A stretch of DNA of 64,000 nt from Hydrurus foetidus (GCA_900617105.1 UYFQ01000023.1:434001-498000), one strand, 5' to 3'; shown: positions 1-9,815, counted from the first letter of the stretch. Notes: generated from the sequence alone by a model not told the origin. Program-made: numbers and translations.

Positions 1-847
1 CCACGTTGCTCAGCGCGAGCAAATCGGGGTGGACTTTCGGCTCGCCTTCGAACACGTCCAGGCCAGCAGCGGCGATGCGTTTGTCTTTCAGGGCTGCCGC
101 CAGCGCCACGTCATCGACGATGCCGCCTCGGGCGATGTTGACCAGGCAGGCGGTGGGCTTCATCAGGGCCAGCTCGGCGGCAGCTATGGTGTGGTGCGAG
201 GCGGCGCTGTACGGCACGACCAGCACGATGTGGTCAGCCGTTTTCAGCAGGGTTTCTTTGCTGACGTAACTGGCTTTACAGTCGGCTTCCAGCGCTGCGT
301 CCAAGCGGGAACGGTTGTGGTAAATCACGTTCATGCCAAAGCCATGTGCGCCACGTTTGGCGATGCCCTGCCCGATGCGGCCCATGCCGATGATGCCCAA
401 AGTGCTGCCGTGGATATCCGAGCCGCTGAACATGTCGTAAGACCATTTCGTCCACAGCCCGGCACGCAGGTAGTGCTCGCTCTCGGTCACGCGGCGGGCC
501 GTGGCCATCAGCAGCGCAAAGCCAAAATCAGCGGTGGTTTCGGTCAGCACATCGGGGGCATTGGTGCCAAGCACGCCAGCGGCGGTCATCGCGTCCACAT
601 CAAAATTGTTGTACCCCACGGCCATGTTGGCGCAGATTTTGAGGTGCGGCGCAGCGGCCAGCACCTCCGCATCAATGCGCTCGCTGCCGGTGGTGAACAC
701 CCCCACCTTGTCCGCGAGCTTCGCCGCCAACTGGGCTTTGCTCCACACCTCATCGGATGGGTTGGATTCCACCTCGAAATGCTCAGCCAGTTTGGCAATG
801 ATCTCAGGGAAGATGGCGCGGGCGACGAGGATGCGGGGTTTGGTCAT
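1..847 (-). CDS. D-isomer 2-hydroxyacid dehydrogenase (glyoxylate/hydroxypyruvate reductase, GhrB-like), runs off the left edge
   Basis: Manual translation from ATG at 847: MTKPRILVARAIFPE...AVGYNNFD...LTETTADFGFALL...LGIIGMGRIG (NAD-binding)...VNIARGGIVDD...AGLDVFEGEP. Missing from the ORF track because it is truncated. Confidence 0.92.
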   Translation of the reverse strand, partial: MTKPRILVARAIFPEIIAKLAEHFEVESNPSDEVWSKAQLAAKLADKVGVFTTGSERIDAEVLAAAPHLKICANMAVGYNNFDVDAMTAAGVLGTNAPDVLTETTADFGFALLMATARRVTESEHYLRAGLWTKWSYDMFSGSDIHGSTLGIIGMGRIGQGIAKRGAHGFGMNVIYHNRSRLDAALEADCKASYVSKETLLKTADHIVLVVPYSAASHHTIAAAELALMKPTACLVNIARGGIVDDVALAAALKDKRIAAAGLDVFEGEPKVHPDLLALSNV

Positions 848-885
848 GAAATCACCTTGTTGTTCAGGATACATATGCGGGAGCA

Positions 886-902
886 GCTACTGAATCAGGA
901 GC
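886..902 (-). repeat. Dispersed 17-bp palindromic element, intergenic copy
   Basis: GCTACTGAATCAGGAGC; reverse complement GCTCCTGATTCAGTAGC-TGCTCC-CGC. Confidence 0.7.
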
Positions 903-1072
903 ATTAAATCAGAAGCGGTGGGGCTTGTCTGTGGGGCGGGCATCATTGGGAGGCACTCGCCAGAGGATTCCATGCCGCGTTTATCGCGTACTCTACAGAT
1001 TATTTTTCTGCACTTGCAAGGTGCATTGCGCGAGGCCGCTTACGTCACCCTTCCCCTTCCTGAAAGCCCTGA

Positions 1073-1495
1073 ATGCAAGTCGAACACCGAATCTCAATCG
1101 CTGCGTCTCCCGAAACAATCTTTCGGATATACGAGGATGTCCAAAACTGGCACACGTGGGATCCGGACACGAAACAGGCCTTTCTTGAAGGCCCATTTCG
1201 CGTCGGTAGCCGTGGCCGAATCACCCCTCCTAAAGGCATGACCGTTCCCATGGTGCTGACTCAAGTGGAGCCTGGCAAGTGCTTCACCGTCGAGTCGAAG
1301 ATTCCCCTGTTTCGCATGCTGTTCGAGCACGAGCTCATCCCCGTGCCAGGGGCGACAGAGGTCGTTCACAGAGTTACTTTTTCAGGTTTACTGTCCTTTG
1401 TTATCGGTTCAATGCTGTCCAAGCAACTGAACTCAGGCCTTCCGGTCACACTGCGCAAGCTGAAGGCGCTTGCTGAGGGGACGGGTGCAGCCTAA
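1073..1495 (+). CDS. SRPBCC/polyketide cyclase-dehydrase family protein
   Basis: 140 aa with typical START-fold N-terminus (ISIAASPETIFRIYEDVQNWHTWDP) and C-terminal helix LRKLKALAE. Confidence 0.8.
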   Translation: MQVEHRISIAASPETIFRIYEDVQNWHTWDPDTKQAFLEGPFRVGSRGRITPPKGMTVPMVLTQVEPGKCFTVESKIPLFRMLFEHELIPVPGATEVVHRVTFSGLLSFVIGSMLSKQLNSGLPVTLRKLKALAEGTGAA

Positions 1496-1537
1496 CGGAG
1501 GTCATCGAATACTGAAGGTCAGTAGTGAGGTGGCCTT

Positions 1538-2776
1538 TTAAATGCCCACATCCGGGTGCCACCCCAGCACGGCCAGCAGCACGCCGAAGCCCACCACGTA
1601 AGCCAGCGCCACATGCCAGCCGCCTTTGAGCCATGCGCCTACCGATTTGGCTTCGGGGTACATGCCTGACAAGGCCACACCTGCTGACGAGCCGAACCAC
1701 ACCATGCTGCCGCCAAAGCCGACGGCGTAGGCTAAAAAGCCCCAGTCGTAGCCGCCTTGGCGCAAGGCCAGGGCGGTCAGGGGGATGTTGTCGAACACGG
1801 CGCTGACGAAGCCTAAACCCAAGGCGCTGGGCCAGGATGCGGGGGGCAAGTGCTGGACGGGCATCATCGCGGCGCACAGCACCAAGGCGAGCAAAAAGAC
1901 ACTGCCCCGCAAAGCGTCTGGCAAGAGCGCCCAGTTGGGTTTGCGCCAAGGCGTGGTAATCGCAATCGCGCCCCAGACGGCCATGCCGATGACGGGCCAG
2001 TCTGCCAACACTTGCGGCTGGGTGAGGTTGAACGTGACGTTCGCCAGCACCGCAGACAGCAAAATCACCGCGACGATGCCCAAGCGTGCCCAGTGGATGT
2101 GCGTGCCTTGGGGGCTGTCTTTCATGATGGGTTGGTAGGCGTGTTGCTGGCGGGCGGCGATGATGCCAAAGATCAGCAGCGCGGGCACGGCGGCGATGTA
2201 GGCTTCGAACACTTGCACGGGCTTGACACCGCCTATCCACAGCATGGTGGTGGTGGTGTCGCCCACCACGCTGCCTGCCCCACCGGCATTGCTGGCCGCC
2301 ACAATAGCGGCCAAAAAGCCGATGTGGACGCGACGCTGGTACAGCACGGCGGCCATGCTGCCGCCAATCATGGCAGCGGCGATGTTGTCCAGGAAGCTCG
2401 AGATCACGAACACCAGCACCAGCATCACAAAGCCGCCCTTCCAGTCGTCAGGCAGGTAGTCGGGCAGGATGGCGGGGATGCGGCTTTTCTCAAAATGGTC
2501 GGCCAACAGCGCAAAGCCCAGCAGCAGGCCCAGCAGGTTGGCGAGGGTGACCCACTCGTGCGCCAGCAACTGACCCAAGCCTGCCAGCCCCGCCACGCCT
2601 GAAAAGTCCCCCCACAGGAGTTTAAACAGCGCAATCGTGGTCAAGCCGGTGAGCGCTACTTTGAGCGTATGGTGGTGGAACAGCGCCACGCCAAGAAGTG
2701 TGGTGCCAAACAGGATGAAATCCACAGGCACGCCAAGCACGGCTACCCCAGTCGTCAAGGACATCACAGAGACCAC
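1538..2776 (-). CDS. Ion-transporter superfamily permease (NhaD/citrate transporter-like)
   Basis: Multi-TM protein with SSFLDNIAAA, ASNAGGAGSVVGDTTT and SAVFDNIP motifs; alternative ATG start at 2764; 3 nt downstream of pncB. Confidence 0.8.
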   Translation of the reverse strand: MVSVMSLTTGVAVLGVPVDFILFGTTLLGVALFHHHTLKVALTGLTTIALFKLLWGDFSGVAGLAGLGQLLAHEWVTLANLLGLLLGFALLADHFEKSRIPAILPDYLPDDWKGGFVMLVLVFVISSFLDNIAAAMIGGSMAAVLYQRRVHIGFLAAIVAASNAGGAGSVVGDTTTTMLWIGGVKPVQVFEAYIAAVPALLIFGIIAARQQHAYQPIMKDSPQGTHIHWARLGIVAVILLSAVLANVTFNLTQPQVLADWPVIGMAVWGAIAITTPWRKPNWALLPDALRGSVFLLALVLCAAMMPVQHLPPASWPSALGLGFVSAVFDNIPLTALALRQGGYDWGFLAYAVGFGGSMVWFGSSAGVALSGMYPEAKSVGAWLKGGWHVALAYVVGFGVLLAVLGWHPDVGI

Positions 2777-2779
2777 CGC

Positions 2780-3979
2780 TTAAACAATCTCAAAAACCTG
2801 GCGTAGGTAGGCAAGGTATTTTTCGTCCTCGCACATGTTTTTCGAGGGGGTATCGGACAGTTTGGCCACGGGCTGGCCGTTGCAGCGCACCATTTTGATG
2901 ACGATTTGCAGCGGCACATGGTCGGGCGGGTCGCCCAGATCGTTGGTCAAATTGGTGCCGATACCGAACGCCAATTGGGCCCGCCCCCGGAACTGGTGGT
3001 ACAGCTCGATGGTGCGCGGTACGGTGAGGCCGTCGCTGAAAATCAGCACTTTGGTGAGCGGATCTATGCGGTTGTCGCGGTAATGGGCGATGAGGCGTTC
3101 GCCCCAGGCAAAGGGGTCGCCGCTGTCGTGCCGGGCACCGTCAAAGAGCTTGCAAAAGAACATGTCGAAATCGCGCAGAAAAGCGCTCATGCCGTACACG
3201 TCAGAGAGGGCGATGCCCAAGTCGCCCCGGTACTCGTGCGCCCATCGGTCAAACGCATAGACCTGGCTGTCGCGCAGGCGTGGGCCCAGCGCTTGGCAGG
3301 CTTGCAGGTATTCGTGCGCCATCGTGCCGAGGGGAACAAGTCCTAAATTCATAGCAAACAACACATTACTGGTGCCCGCCAACTGACCTGATGGGCCTGC
3401 TTTGAGGCCAGAGACGAGCTGATGCAAGACTTCGGCGTGCCACGCTTTGGAAAAGCGGCGACGGGTGCCGTAGTCGGCAATCTTCAAGTCGCCCATGTTG
3501 GCAAACTGCAGCTGTTCCATTTTGGTGGCCAAGCGGGCACGGCCTTCGTCCAAATTGGGGTGAGGCTTAGCGTGGCGAAAGTAGACCTCATTGACGATGG
3601 CCAGCACGGGGATTTCAAACAAAATCGTGTGCAGCCACGGGCCTTGGATGCTGATGTCGATTTCGCCCTTTCGCTCCCCCTCCAGCAACGCAGTGACGTG
3701 GATGTATTTTTCGTTGAGCTTGAGCAGCCCCAAAAAGTCCACAAAATCACTTTTGATGAACCTCATGGAACGAAGGTAGGCCAGCTCAGCCTCTTGGAAT
3801 TGCAGGCTGCACAGATGGCGAATCTCAGCGCGAATCTCGTCCACATGCTGAGCCAAGTTCACACCAGGGTTGCGACATTTGAACTTGTATTCGACCTGAG
3901 CGCCGGGGAACTGGTGCAGCACGACCTGCATCATGGTGAATTTATAGAGGTCGGTGTCGAGAAGGCTGGTAATGATCAT
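2780..3979 (-). CDS. pncB: Nicotinate phosphoribosyltransferase
   Basis: [48 protein letters not shown] motifs. Confidence 0.97.
   Translation of the reverse strand: MIITSLLDTDLYKFTMMQVVLHQFPGAQVEYKFKCRNPGVNLAQHVDEIRAEIRHLCSLQFQEAELAYLRSMRFIKSDFVDFLGLLKLNEKYIHVTALLEGERKGEIDISIQGPWLHTILFEIPVLAIVNEVYFRHAKPHPNLDEGRARLATKMEQLQFANMGDLKIADYGTRRRFSKAWHAEVLHQLVSGLKAGPSGQLAGTSNVLFAMNLGLVPLGTMAHEYLQACQALGPRLRDSQVYAFDRWAHEYRGDLGIALSDVYGMSAFLRDFDMFFCKLFDGARHDSGDPFAWGERLIAHYRDNRIDPLTKVLIFSDGLTVPRTIELYHQFRGRAQLAFGIGTNLTNDLGDPPDHVPLQIVIKMVRCNGQPVAKLSDTPSKNMCEDEKYLAYLRQVFEIV
3339..3355 (+). repeat. Dispersed 17-bp element, degenerate copy inside pncB
   Basis: AGTCCTAAATTCATAGC; pncB codons GCT ATG AAT TTA GGA CTT. 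Confidence 0.5.
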
Positions 3980-4254
3980 AAAAATGGCGCTTGGGCTTGG
4001 AATGACTCTTGCGTAACAGGTTTAGCGAATCGGTCTTGCGTGTCTTGCGCAACAGGCACAGAGGGGTTGCATCTAAGTATCCCCTTTTTGCATGGAGCCA
4101 AAGCCGCGCCGGACGTTACGGCTCTCGCCAGTTGATCGGTGTTTACCCTGAACTTGGGGCTAACGCCTACATCACCAAATATAAGTCTTACGTAATATAG
4201 AAAATTCGACGGATGTCCATCCAGCCCATCTGCACCTTTTGAAAGAGCCCATTT

Positions 4255-6321
4255 ATGCACACCACAGCCTCTTGCTCGCCAGGAAATCCACAGTCCATTC
4301 GACCCACGCGCAGCCTCATCGTGCTATCGGCACTGAGCGCCAGTTTTGTGCTGGCGGGTTGTTCTGGCGACGGGGATGCGCCCGCTACGGCCCCCGTCGT
4401 CGTCGCAGACACCCAATGTGCGCAACTCACCGACACCGGAAGTGTGGTGGTCGGCTCGGGCTTACCGGGTGACCCCACTGCACCCGAGCCGTCATCGGGG
4501 TTCAGATCCAAAACATTGGTTTCCGCCAAAACGTACATGGTGGTGACAGCCAATCCGCACGCCTCCAAAGCAGGTTGTGAGGTGCTGAAAAAGGGTGGCT
4601 CAGCCATTGATGCCGCAGTAGCCGTGCAAGCCGTGCTGGGGCTGGTGGAGCCGCAATCATCCGGCTTGGGCGGTGGTGCTTTCATGCTGCACTACGATGC
4701 AAAAACCAAGAAGGTGCAATCCTACGATGGCCGGGAAACAGCGCCAGCCGCCGCCACGGAAGACTATTTGCGTTACGTGAGCGCTACGGACACCACACCA
4801 CCGCTGCCCGTCGTGTCAGCGCCTGAATCGGGTGCTTCTTTCAACGCTTTGCGCCAAAGCGGCCGCTCAATTGGCACACCGGGTGCCGTCAGAATGCTGG
4901 AACTGGCGCACAAAGACTATGGCAGTTTGGCTTGGAAAGATTTGTTTTCTTCGGGCGTTCAGCTCGCCACAGACGGGTTCAACATCAGCGGGCGCATGGC
5001 CGATGCGATTGCGGGTTCCAAAGCGCTGCTGATGACCGACCCTGAAGCCGCAGCCTACTTTTTGAACGCTGACGGCTCGGTGAAAACCTTGGGCACGTTG
5101 ATCAAAAACCCGGCCTACGCGAACACCCTGAATGCACTCGCCACGTCAGGTGCGAATGCGCTGTACACCGGGGCTATTGCTGAAAATATCGTTAAAAAGA
5201 TCAAGATGACCAGCGGGGGCAGCCCGAGTTTTGTCATCACGCCAGGACTGACCGAAACCAGCGATTTAGCCGCCTACCAAGCCAAAAAACGCGAGCCGGT
5301 TTGTACCACCTACCGCAGCTACTGGGTGTGCGGGATGGGTGCGCCGTCGTCGGGTGGCATGACGGTCGCCTCCACTCTGGGCGTGCTGGAAAACTTCTAC
5401 TTGACGGGTTATAAACCCACCGCAATGGACACCAATGGCGGCAAGCCCCAAGTGATGGGTGTTCATTTGGTGTCTGAAGCTGAGCGCTTGGCTTATGCAG
5501 ACCGTAACAAGTACATGGCAGACACCGATTTTGTGCCCCTGCCCGGCGGCTCTACAGCGGCTATTTTGGACAAAACCTACTTGCGCGGCCGTGCCAATTT
5601 GATTGATTTCAGCAAAAGCATGGGCACGGCAACAGCGGGGGTCTTTGCGGCAACACCGGCTATGGGGATCAACCTCAACGAGGGCAAGGGAACCACGCAC
5701 ATGACGATTGTCGATAAGGCAGGCAACGTGGTGGTGATGACAACCACGATTGAGAGCGGCATGGGCTCGTTCCGCATGACCAATGGCTTTTTGCTCAACA
5801 ACCAATTGACTGATTTTTCTGTGCTGCCCAGCGACACCGCAGGGCCGATTGCCAACCGCATTCAAGCCGGTAAACGCCCTCGCAGCTCGATGGCCCCTAC
5901 CCTGGTGTTCAACACGGCAGCCGATGGCTCGATGGGCGATTTTGTGATGGGCACCGGCTCACCCGGCGGTTCCACCATCATTCAGTATGTGGTGAAAACC
6001 TTGGTCGGCGTGCTGGATTGGGGCATGGATGCCCAACAAGCGACATCAATGGTTGACTTTGGTGCAGCCAACAGCGCCACCACCAACGTAGGCGGCGAAC
6101 ACCCTAACGTCAATATCACCGTGCCTGCGGGTGGGTTGGCGGGTGGCAGTGATCCTCTGGTGAGCGGCTTGCGCACGCTGGGGCACACCGTCAGCGTGAG
6201 CGCCCAAAGCAGCGGCATCAGCACCGTCATCAAGACGCAGCGCAATGGCACCGTGGCCCTTGAAGGCGGCGCTGACCCAAGGCGCGAAGGCGTGGTGCTG
6301 GGCGATACATTCAAGCCATGA
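4255..6321 (+). CDS. ggt: Gamma-glutamyltransferase family lipoprotein
   Basis: GGSAIDAAVAVQAVLGLVEPQSSGLGGG, YDGRETAP, catalytic Thr in GTTHMTIVD, KRPRSSMAPT, GSPGG, GADPRREG; lipobox VLAGC. Confidence 0.93.
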   Translation: MHTTASCSPGNPQSIRPTRSLIVLSALSASFVLAGCSGDGDAPATAPVVVADTQCAQLTDTGSVVVGSGLPGDPTAPEPSSGFRSKTLVSAKTYMVVTANPHASKAGCEVLKKGGSAIDAAVAVQAVLGLVEPQSSGLGGGAFMLHYDAKTKKVQSYDGRETAPAAATEDYLRYVSATDTTPPLPVVSAPESGASFNALRQSGRSIGTPGAVRMLELAHKDYGSLAWKDLFSSGVQLATDGFNISGRMADAIAGSKALLMTDPEAAAYFLNADGSVKTLGTLIKNPAYANTLNALATSGANALYTGAIAENIVKKIKMTSGGSPSFVITPGLTETSDLAAYQAKKREPVCTTYRSYWVCGMGAPSSGGMTVASTLGVLENFYLTGYKPTAMDTNGGKPQVMGVHLVSEAERLAYADRNKYMADTDFVPLPGGSTAAILDKTYLRGRANLIDFSKSMGTATAGVFAATPAMGINLNEGKGTTHMTIVDKAGNVVVMTTTIESGMGSFRMTNGFLLNNQLTDFSVLPSDTAGPIANRIQAGKRPRSSMAPTLVFNTAADGSMGDFVMGTGSPGGSTIIQYVVKTLVGVLDWGMDAQQATSMVDFGAANSATTNVGGEHPNVNITVPAGGLAGGSDPLVSGLRTLGHTVSVSAQSSGISTVIKTQRNGTVALEGGADPRREGVVLGDTFKP

Positions 6322-6378
6322 TGGCGGGGCTGCGCGGATAGCCGCCATCGGCACCAAGAGGCACACAAGACGAAATAC

Positions 6379-6406
6379 AAAGAGGGCTTATCAGCCCTCT
6401 TTTTTT
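6379..6406 (+). terminator. Rho-independent terminator after ggt
   Basis: AAAGAGGGCT-TATC-AGCCCTCTTT followed by a T run. Confidence 0.8.
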
Positions 6407-6438
6407 CACCCCTACGCAGCCGATTCTGCTTGGTCGGC

Positions 6439-7164
6439 TCAGGGCACCCAGGTCGTGAACTCGTCTACCGGCACACGCGGTGTGTGAAAACTGTTCACCG
6501 GCTCAGCCTCATCGGCGTAGCCCAGCGCCATACCGCACACCAGCATTTCGTCAGGCCCGGCACCGATGTGCGGCAAGATGATGCCCGCAAACCCATTCCA
6601 CGCGGCTTGCGGGCAGGTGTGCAAACCGTGGGCACGGGCAGCGATCATGGTGGTTTGCAAAAACATGCCGAAGTCCACCAAACTGCCCCGGCCCATCACG
6701 CGGTCTATCGTGAACATCAGACCGACAGGGGCATCAAAAAAACGGTAATTGCGCTGGTGCTGGGCGTGCATTTTGTCTTTATCACCCTTACCGATATTCA
6801 GTAAACCATAGAGACTCCAGCCGTTTTCGCGGCGGCGGTCAATGTAGGGGCTGACCCATTTTTCGGGGTAGTAGTCGTAAGCCTCTTTGTACTGCGCGGC
6901 CAGCTCGGGGTTGGCACGTACGGCATCGTGGGCGGTGCAGACTTTGTCCACCAAGCTGGCGCGGCTGGCCCCTTGCAGCACATAGGCACGCCAAGGCTGG
7001 GTGTTGGTGCCGGAAGGTGCGCGGCTGGACAGGCGCAGGATGTCGGTGATGACCTCGCGGGGGACGGGTTTGGGCAAAAAGGCGCGGGCAGAAAAGCGGC
7101 TTTCTATGGCTGCGGCCACGCTCGCCGGGTCATTGATGACGGTGCTGACTTGAGATGCATTCAT
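6439..7164 (-). CDS. Nitroreductase family protein
   Basis: SRFSARAF, RAPSGTNTQPW, GLHTCPQ, ALGYAD; start placed at ATG 7164, which overlaps the upstream stop (ATGA). Confidence 0.9.
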   Translation of the reverse strand: MNASQVSTVINDPASVAAAIESRFSARAFLPKPVPREVITDILRLSSRAPSGTNTQPWRAYVLQGASRASLVDKVCTAHDAVRANPELAAQYKEAYDYYPEKWVSPYIDRRRENGWSLYGLLNIGKGDKDKMHAQHQRNYRFFDAPVGLMFTIDRVMGRGSLVDFGMFLQTTMIAARAHGLHTCPQAAWNGFAGIILPHIGAGPDEMLVCGMALGYADEAEPVNSFHTPRVPVDEFTTWVP

Positions 7165-7634
7165 AGGGACGGACATTGCAAAAACTCCAAAACAGTTTTC
7201 AGGTTGGCGGGAAGAGGCACAGGTCGCCGTGTGGCACGGTCAACGTAGACATGGATGAAATGGCCTTTGGCAGCGGTGGTGTCTACCCCCTCTGCAAACA
7301 AGCCCACTTCGTACTGCACGCTGGATCCGCCGATGCGGGCCACACGAATCCCCACGTCCACTGGCTGCGGGAAGGCCAGCGGGGCGAAATAGTTGCAGTG
7401 GGTTTCAATCACCAAACCGATGGTCTGGCCGTTGTGCATATCAAGCACGCCAGCCTCAATCAGGTGGGCGTTGACGGCGGTATCAAACCAGCTGTAGTAA
7501 ACGACGTTGTTCACATGGCCGTAAATGTCGTTATCGGCCAACCGGGTAGTGATGCGGCGGAACACAGCGTAGGCGCTGCGGGGCTCAGCTTGAGGGCGGC
7601 TGGGTTGGGGGTGTTGAGAAGGGTGGAGGCTCAT
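7161..7634 (-). CDS. Acyl-CoA thioesterase (4HBT/YbgC-like hot-dog fold)
   Basis: DNDIYGHVNNVVYYSWFD motif; ATGA overlap with the deacetylase gene. Confidence 0.9.
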   Translation of the reverse strand: MSLHPSQHPQPSRPQAEPRSAYAVFRRITTRLADNDIYGHVNNVVYYSWFDTAVNAHLIEAGVLDMHNGQTIGLVIETHCNYFAPLAFPQPVDVGIRVARIGGSSVQYEVGLFAEGVDTTAAKGHFIHVYVDRATRRPVPLPANLKTVLEFLQCPSL

Positions 7635-8608
7635 CCGCTGATTTTGCCAGTGACGCAGGCATTTGCAGCATTGCGCCACCTGTGGGCGTACGCGAGGGCG
7701 ACAGTGAAGGTGTTAACCTGGCACTGCACCGTGTCTTCAATGCACACCCCGTAGCCACCCGCCATCGCAAACGCCAACGGAATGCGGCGCTGCCAAGCCC
7801 AGTCAAACACCCGCAGGTCGCGTGCCTGCATGCCATCAAAACTGAGCTTGAGACGGCCCAGACGGTCGCCCTCAAAGGCATCGGCACCGGCCAAAAAGAA
7901 CAGCAACTGAGGCTCAAAACGCTGGGTCAACGTCTCTAGCGCGAGGTCGAGTGCATGCAGGTAATCGTCGTCGCCACAGCCATCGGGCAGTTCGACATCC
8001 AAATCACTCGCCTCTTTACGGAACGGGAAGTTTTTAGCACCGTGCAGCGACAGCGTGAACACGGTGGCATCGTTTTGAAAGATATGGGCGGTGCCGTTGC
8101 CTTGGTGAACGTCCAGGTCGATCACCGCCACACGCAGGGGCAAACGGTGTGCGCCGCTGGCCTCGCGCCCGCGCCCCCACTCAGCTTGCAGTAAACGCGC
8201 AGCCACGGCCACATCGTTAAAAACACAAAAACCGCCACCCTTGTCCGCACTTGCGTGGTGGGTGCCACCCGCCATGTTGGCTGCCATGCCAGCGCCGCCA
8301 AGCGCAGACCGGGCAGCGGCGATGGTGGCCCCCACGGAGCGGCGCGAGCGCTCCACCATCGCAGCGCTCCAGGGGAAGCCGATCTCGCGCATGGACTGCG
8401 GGCTGATGCTGCCTTCAAGGATGGCGTTGATATAGCGGGGCGTGTGGGCCAATGCCAGTTCACCGTTGGTCGCACGCGGTGCTTCGTGCAGCTGCACCGC
8501 AGGCAATTCAGCCGCCAAACGCTCACGCAGCCTGGCGTACTTGGCCATCGGGAAGCGATGCCCGTCGGGCAGAGGCAGTACAAATTGTCCGGAATAAAAC
8601 GCGTTCAT
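7631..8608 (-). CDS. Histone deacetylase family (Zn-dependent amidohydrolase)
   Basis: HRFPMAKY, GGTHHA, GFCVFND, DLDVHQGNGT, AGAD, GGY. Confidence 0.93.
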   Translation of the reverse strand: MNAFYSGQFVLPLPDGHRFPMAKYARLRERLAAELPAVQLHEAPRATNGELALAHTPRYINAILEGSISPQSMREIGFPWSAAMVERSRRSVGATIAAARSALGGAGMAANMAGGTHHASADKGGGFCVFNDVAVAARLLQAEWGRGREASGAHRLPLRVAVIDLDVHQGNGTAHIFQNDATVFTLSLHGAKNFPFRKEASDLDVELPDGCGDDDYLHALDLALETLTQRFEPQLLFFLAGADAFEGDRLGRLKLSFDGMQARDLRVFDWAWQRRIPLAFAMAGGYGVCIEDTVQCQVNTFTVALAYAHRWRNAANACVTGKISG

Positions 8609-8685
8609 GTCAGCATTGTGGCAAGCCGCAGGGCAAATCGTACAGACGTGACTTTTTCACGGTTTTTAGAAATGTCCTTCTAAAT

Positions 8686-8760
8686 TGCTGCAGCGCAACA
8701 AAAATGACTTGCAAAGCCATTTGATCTGCCTACAATTCAAACCATGCTGCACTGCAACAT
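8686..8760 (+). promoter_or_regulatory. Phasin promoter flanked by two PhaR-type boxes
   Basis: TGCTGCAGCGCAACA (8686-8700) and TGCTGCACTGCAACA (8745-8759) flank TTGCAA-N16-TACAAT (8709-8736). Confidence 0.65.
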
Positions 8761-8841
8761 ATCTGAACAAACCCAAGCTTGGGGAACGTCAGGTTCAGCG
8801 CAGAAGATGTTTTCACCTTTTCACTTACTGGAGATATTCCT

Positions 8842-9399
8842 ATGTTGACCGCTGAACAAGTTCTCGCTTCCCATAAAGCTTCTGTTGAAACCCTGTTTGG
8901 TTTGACCACCAAAGCCATCGAAGGCGTTGAAAAACTCATCGACCTGAACGTGTCTGCCTCCAAGGCTGCATTGAGCGAAGCCTCTGCTGGCACACAAGCA
9001 GCTTTTGGCGCCAAAGACGCACAAGAATTCTTGGCTCTGCAAGCCAGCCTGTTCCAGCCTTTGGCTGAAAAGACTGCGGCTTACAGCCGTCACCTGTATG
9101 AAATCGCTTCCGGCACCAGCGCCGAATTCACCAAGTCGTTTGAAGGCAAGGCCGAAGAAGCACAAAAAGCTTTTGCAGGTTTGGTTGAAAGCGCTAGCAA
9201 AAACGCCCCCGCCGGTTCCGAAGCCGCTGTGACCGTGATGAAGAATGCTGTAGCTGCTGCGACCAACGCTTTTGAATCGGTTCAAAAGGCTGTGAAACAA
9301 GCGTCTGAAGCCGCTGAGTCCAACTTCAACACGATGGCGACCAATGCTGCTACCGCTGCGAAGTCTGCCGCCACGACAGTTACGCCTAAGAAGCGTTAA
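8842..9399 (+). CDS. phaP: Phasin (PHA granule-associated protein)
   Basis: [65 protein letters not shown] before ATG 8842. Confidence 0.93.
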   Translation: MLTAEQVLASHKASVETLFGLTTKAIEGVEKLIDLNVSASKAALSEASAGTQAAFGAKDAQEFLALQASLFQPLAEKTAAYSRHLYEIASGTSAEFTKSFEGKAEEAQKAFAGLVESASKNAPAGSEAAVTVMKNAVAAATNAFESVQKAVKQASEAAESNFNTMATNAATAAKSAATTVTPKKR

Positions 9400-9499
9400 A
9401 CCCCTACAAAGTCTTGGCTTATACGGCGGTCACGCCGCAAGCCAAGCAGAAATGGCAGGATACTAACGGTATTGAATTTCCAGCCAATGGAAATATCTA

Positions 9500-9582
9500 C
9501 TGATTGTCTCCTCGGATCTTTTCGTAGCCTTAAGGGCTCAAAGGTTCCTTTAAGGCCTCGTTGCAAAACGAGGCCTTTTTTT
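9500..9582 (+). ncRNA. Candidate small RNA with anti-Shine-Dalgarno motif
   Basis: TTGTCTCCTC (9504-9513), then a strong terminator; no convincing ORF; boundaries approximate. Confidence 0.45.
9552..9582 (+). terminator. Rho-independent terminator
   Basis: AAGGCCTCGTT-GCAA-AACGAGGCCTT followed by TTTTT. Confidence 0.88.
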
Positions 9583-9607
9583 GGCTTGTACTTTAGAAAA
9601 AAATTGG

Positions 9608-9684
9608 TGGTATGCCCGGAGGGGATCGAACCCCCGACCCACAGCTTAGAAGGCTGTTGCTCTATCCGACTGAGCTACGGGCAT
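9608..9684 (-). tRNA. tRNA-Arg(TCT)
   Basis: 77 nt; acceptor ATGCCCG/CGGGCAT, anticodon TCT, T-loop TTCGATC, encoded CCA. Confidence 0.96.
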
Positions 9685-9703
9685 GAATCTCAAGGTGAGA
9701 AAC

Positions 9704-9731
9704 AAAAAAGGCCCTGTGAGGGCCTTTTTTT
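9704..9731. terminator. Bidirectional terminator-like hairpin between the two tRNAs
   Basis: AAAAAAGGCCCT-GTG-AGGGCCTTTTTTT. Confidence 0.75.
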
Positions 9732-9738
9732 AAATTGA

Positions 9739-9765
9739 TGGTCGGGGCGAAAGGATTCGAACCTT

Positions 9766-9809
<44 letters not shown>

Positions 9810-9815
9810 GCCCCG
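9739..9815 (-). tRNA. tRNA-Pro(TGG)
   Basis: 77 nt; CGGGGCG acceptor, anticodon loop TTTGGGA, TTCGAAT T-loop, encoded CCA; TATAAT at 9825-9830 on the minus strand. Confidence 0.96.

Noticed and set aside
29..907. 292-aa plus-strand ORF
   Set aside because: Antisense shadow of the minus-strand hydroxyacid dehydrogenase; no recognisable motifs.
9608..9815. tRNAs as a prophage or island attachment site
   Set aside because: No integrase and no duplicated tRNA 3' end seen in the window.
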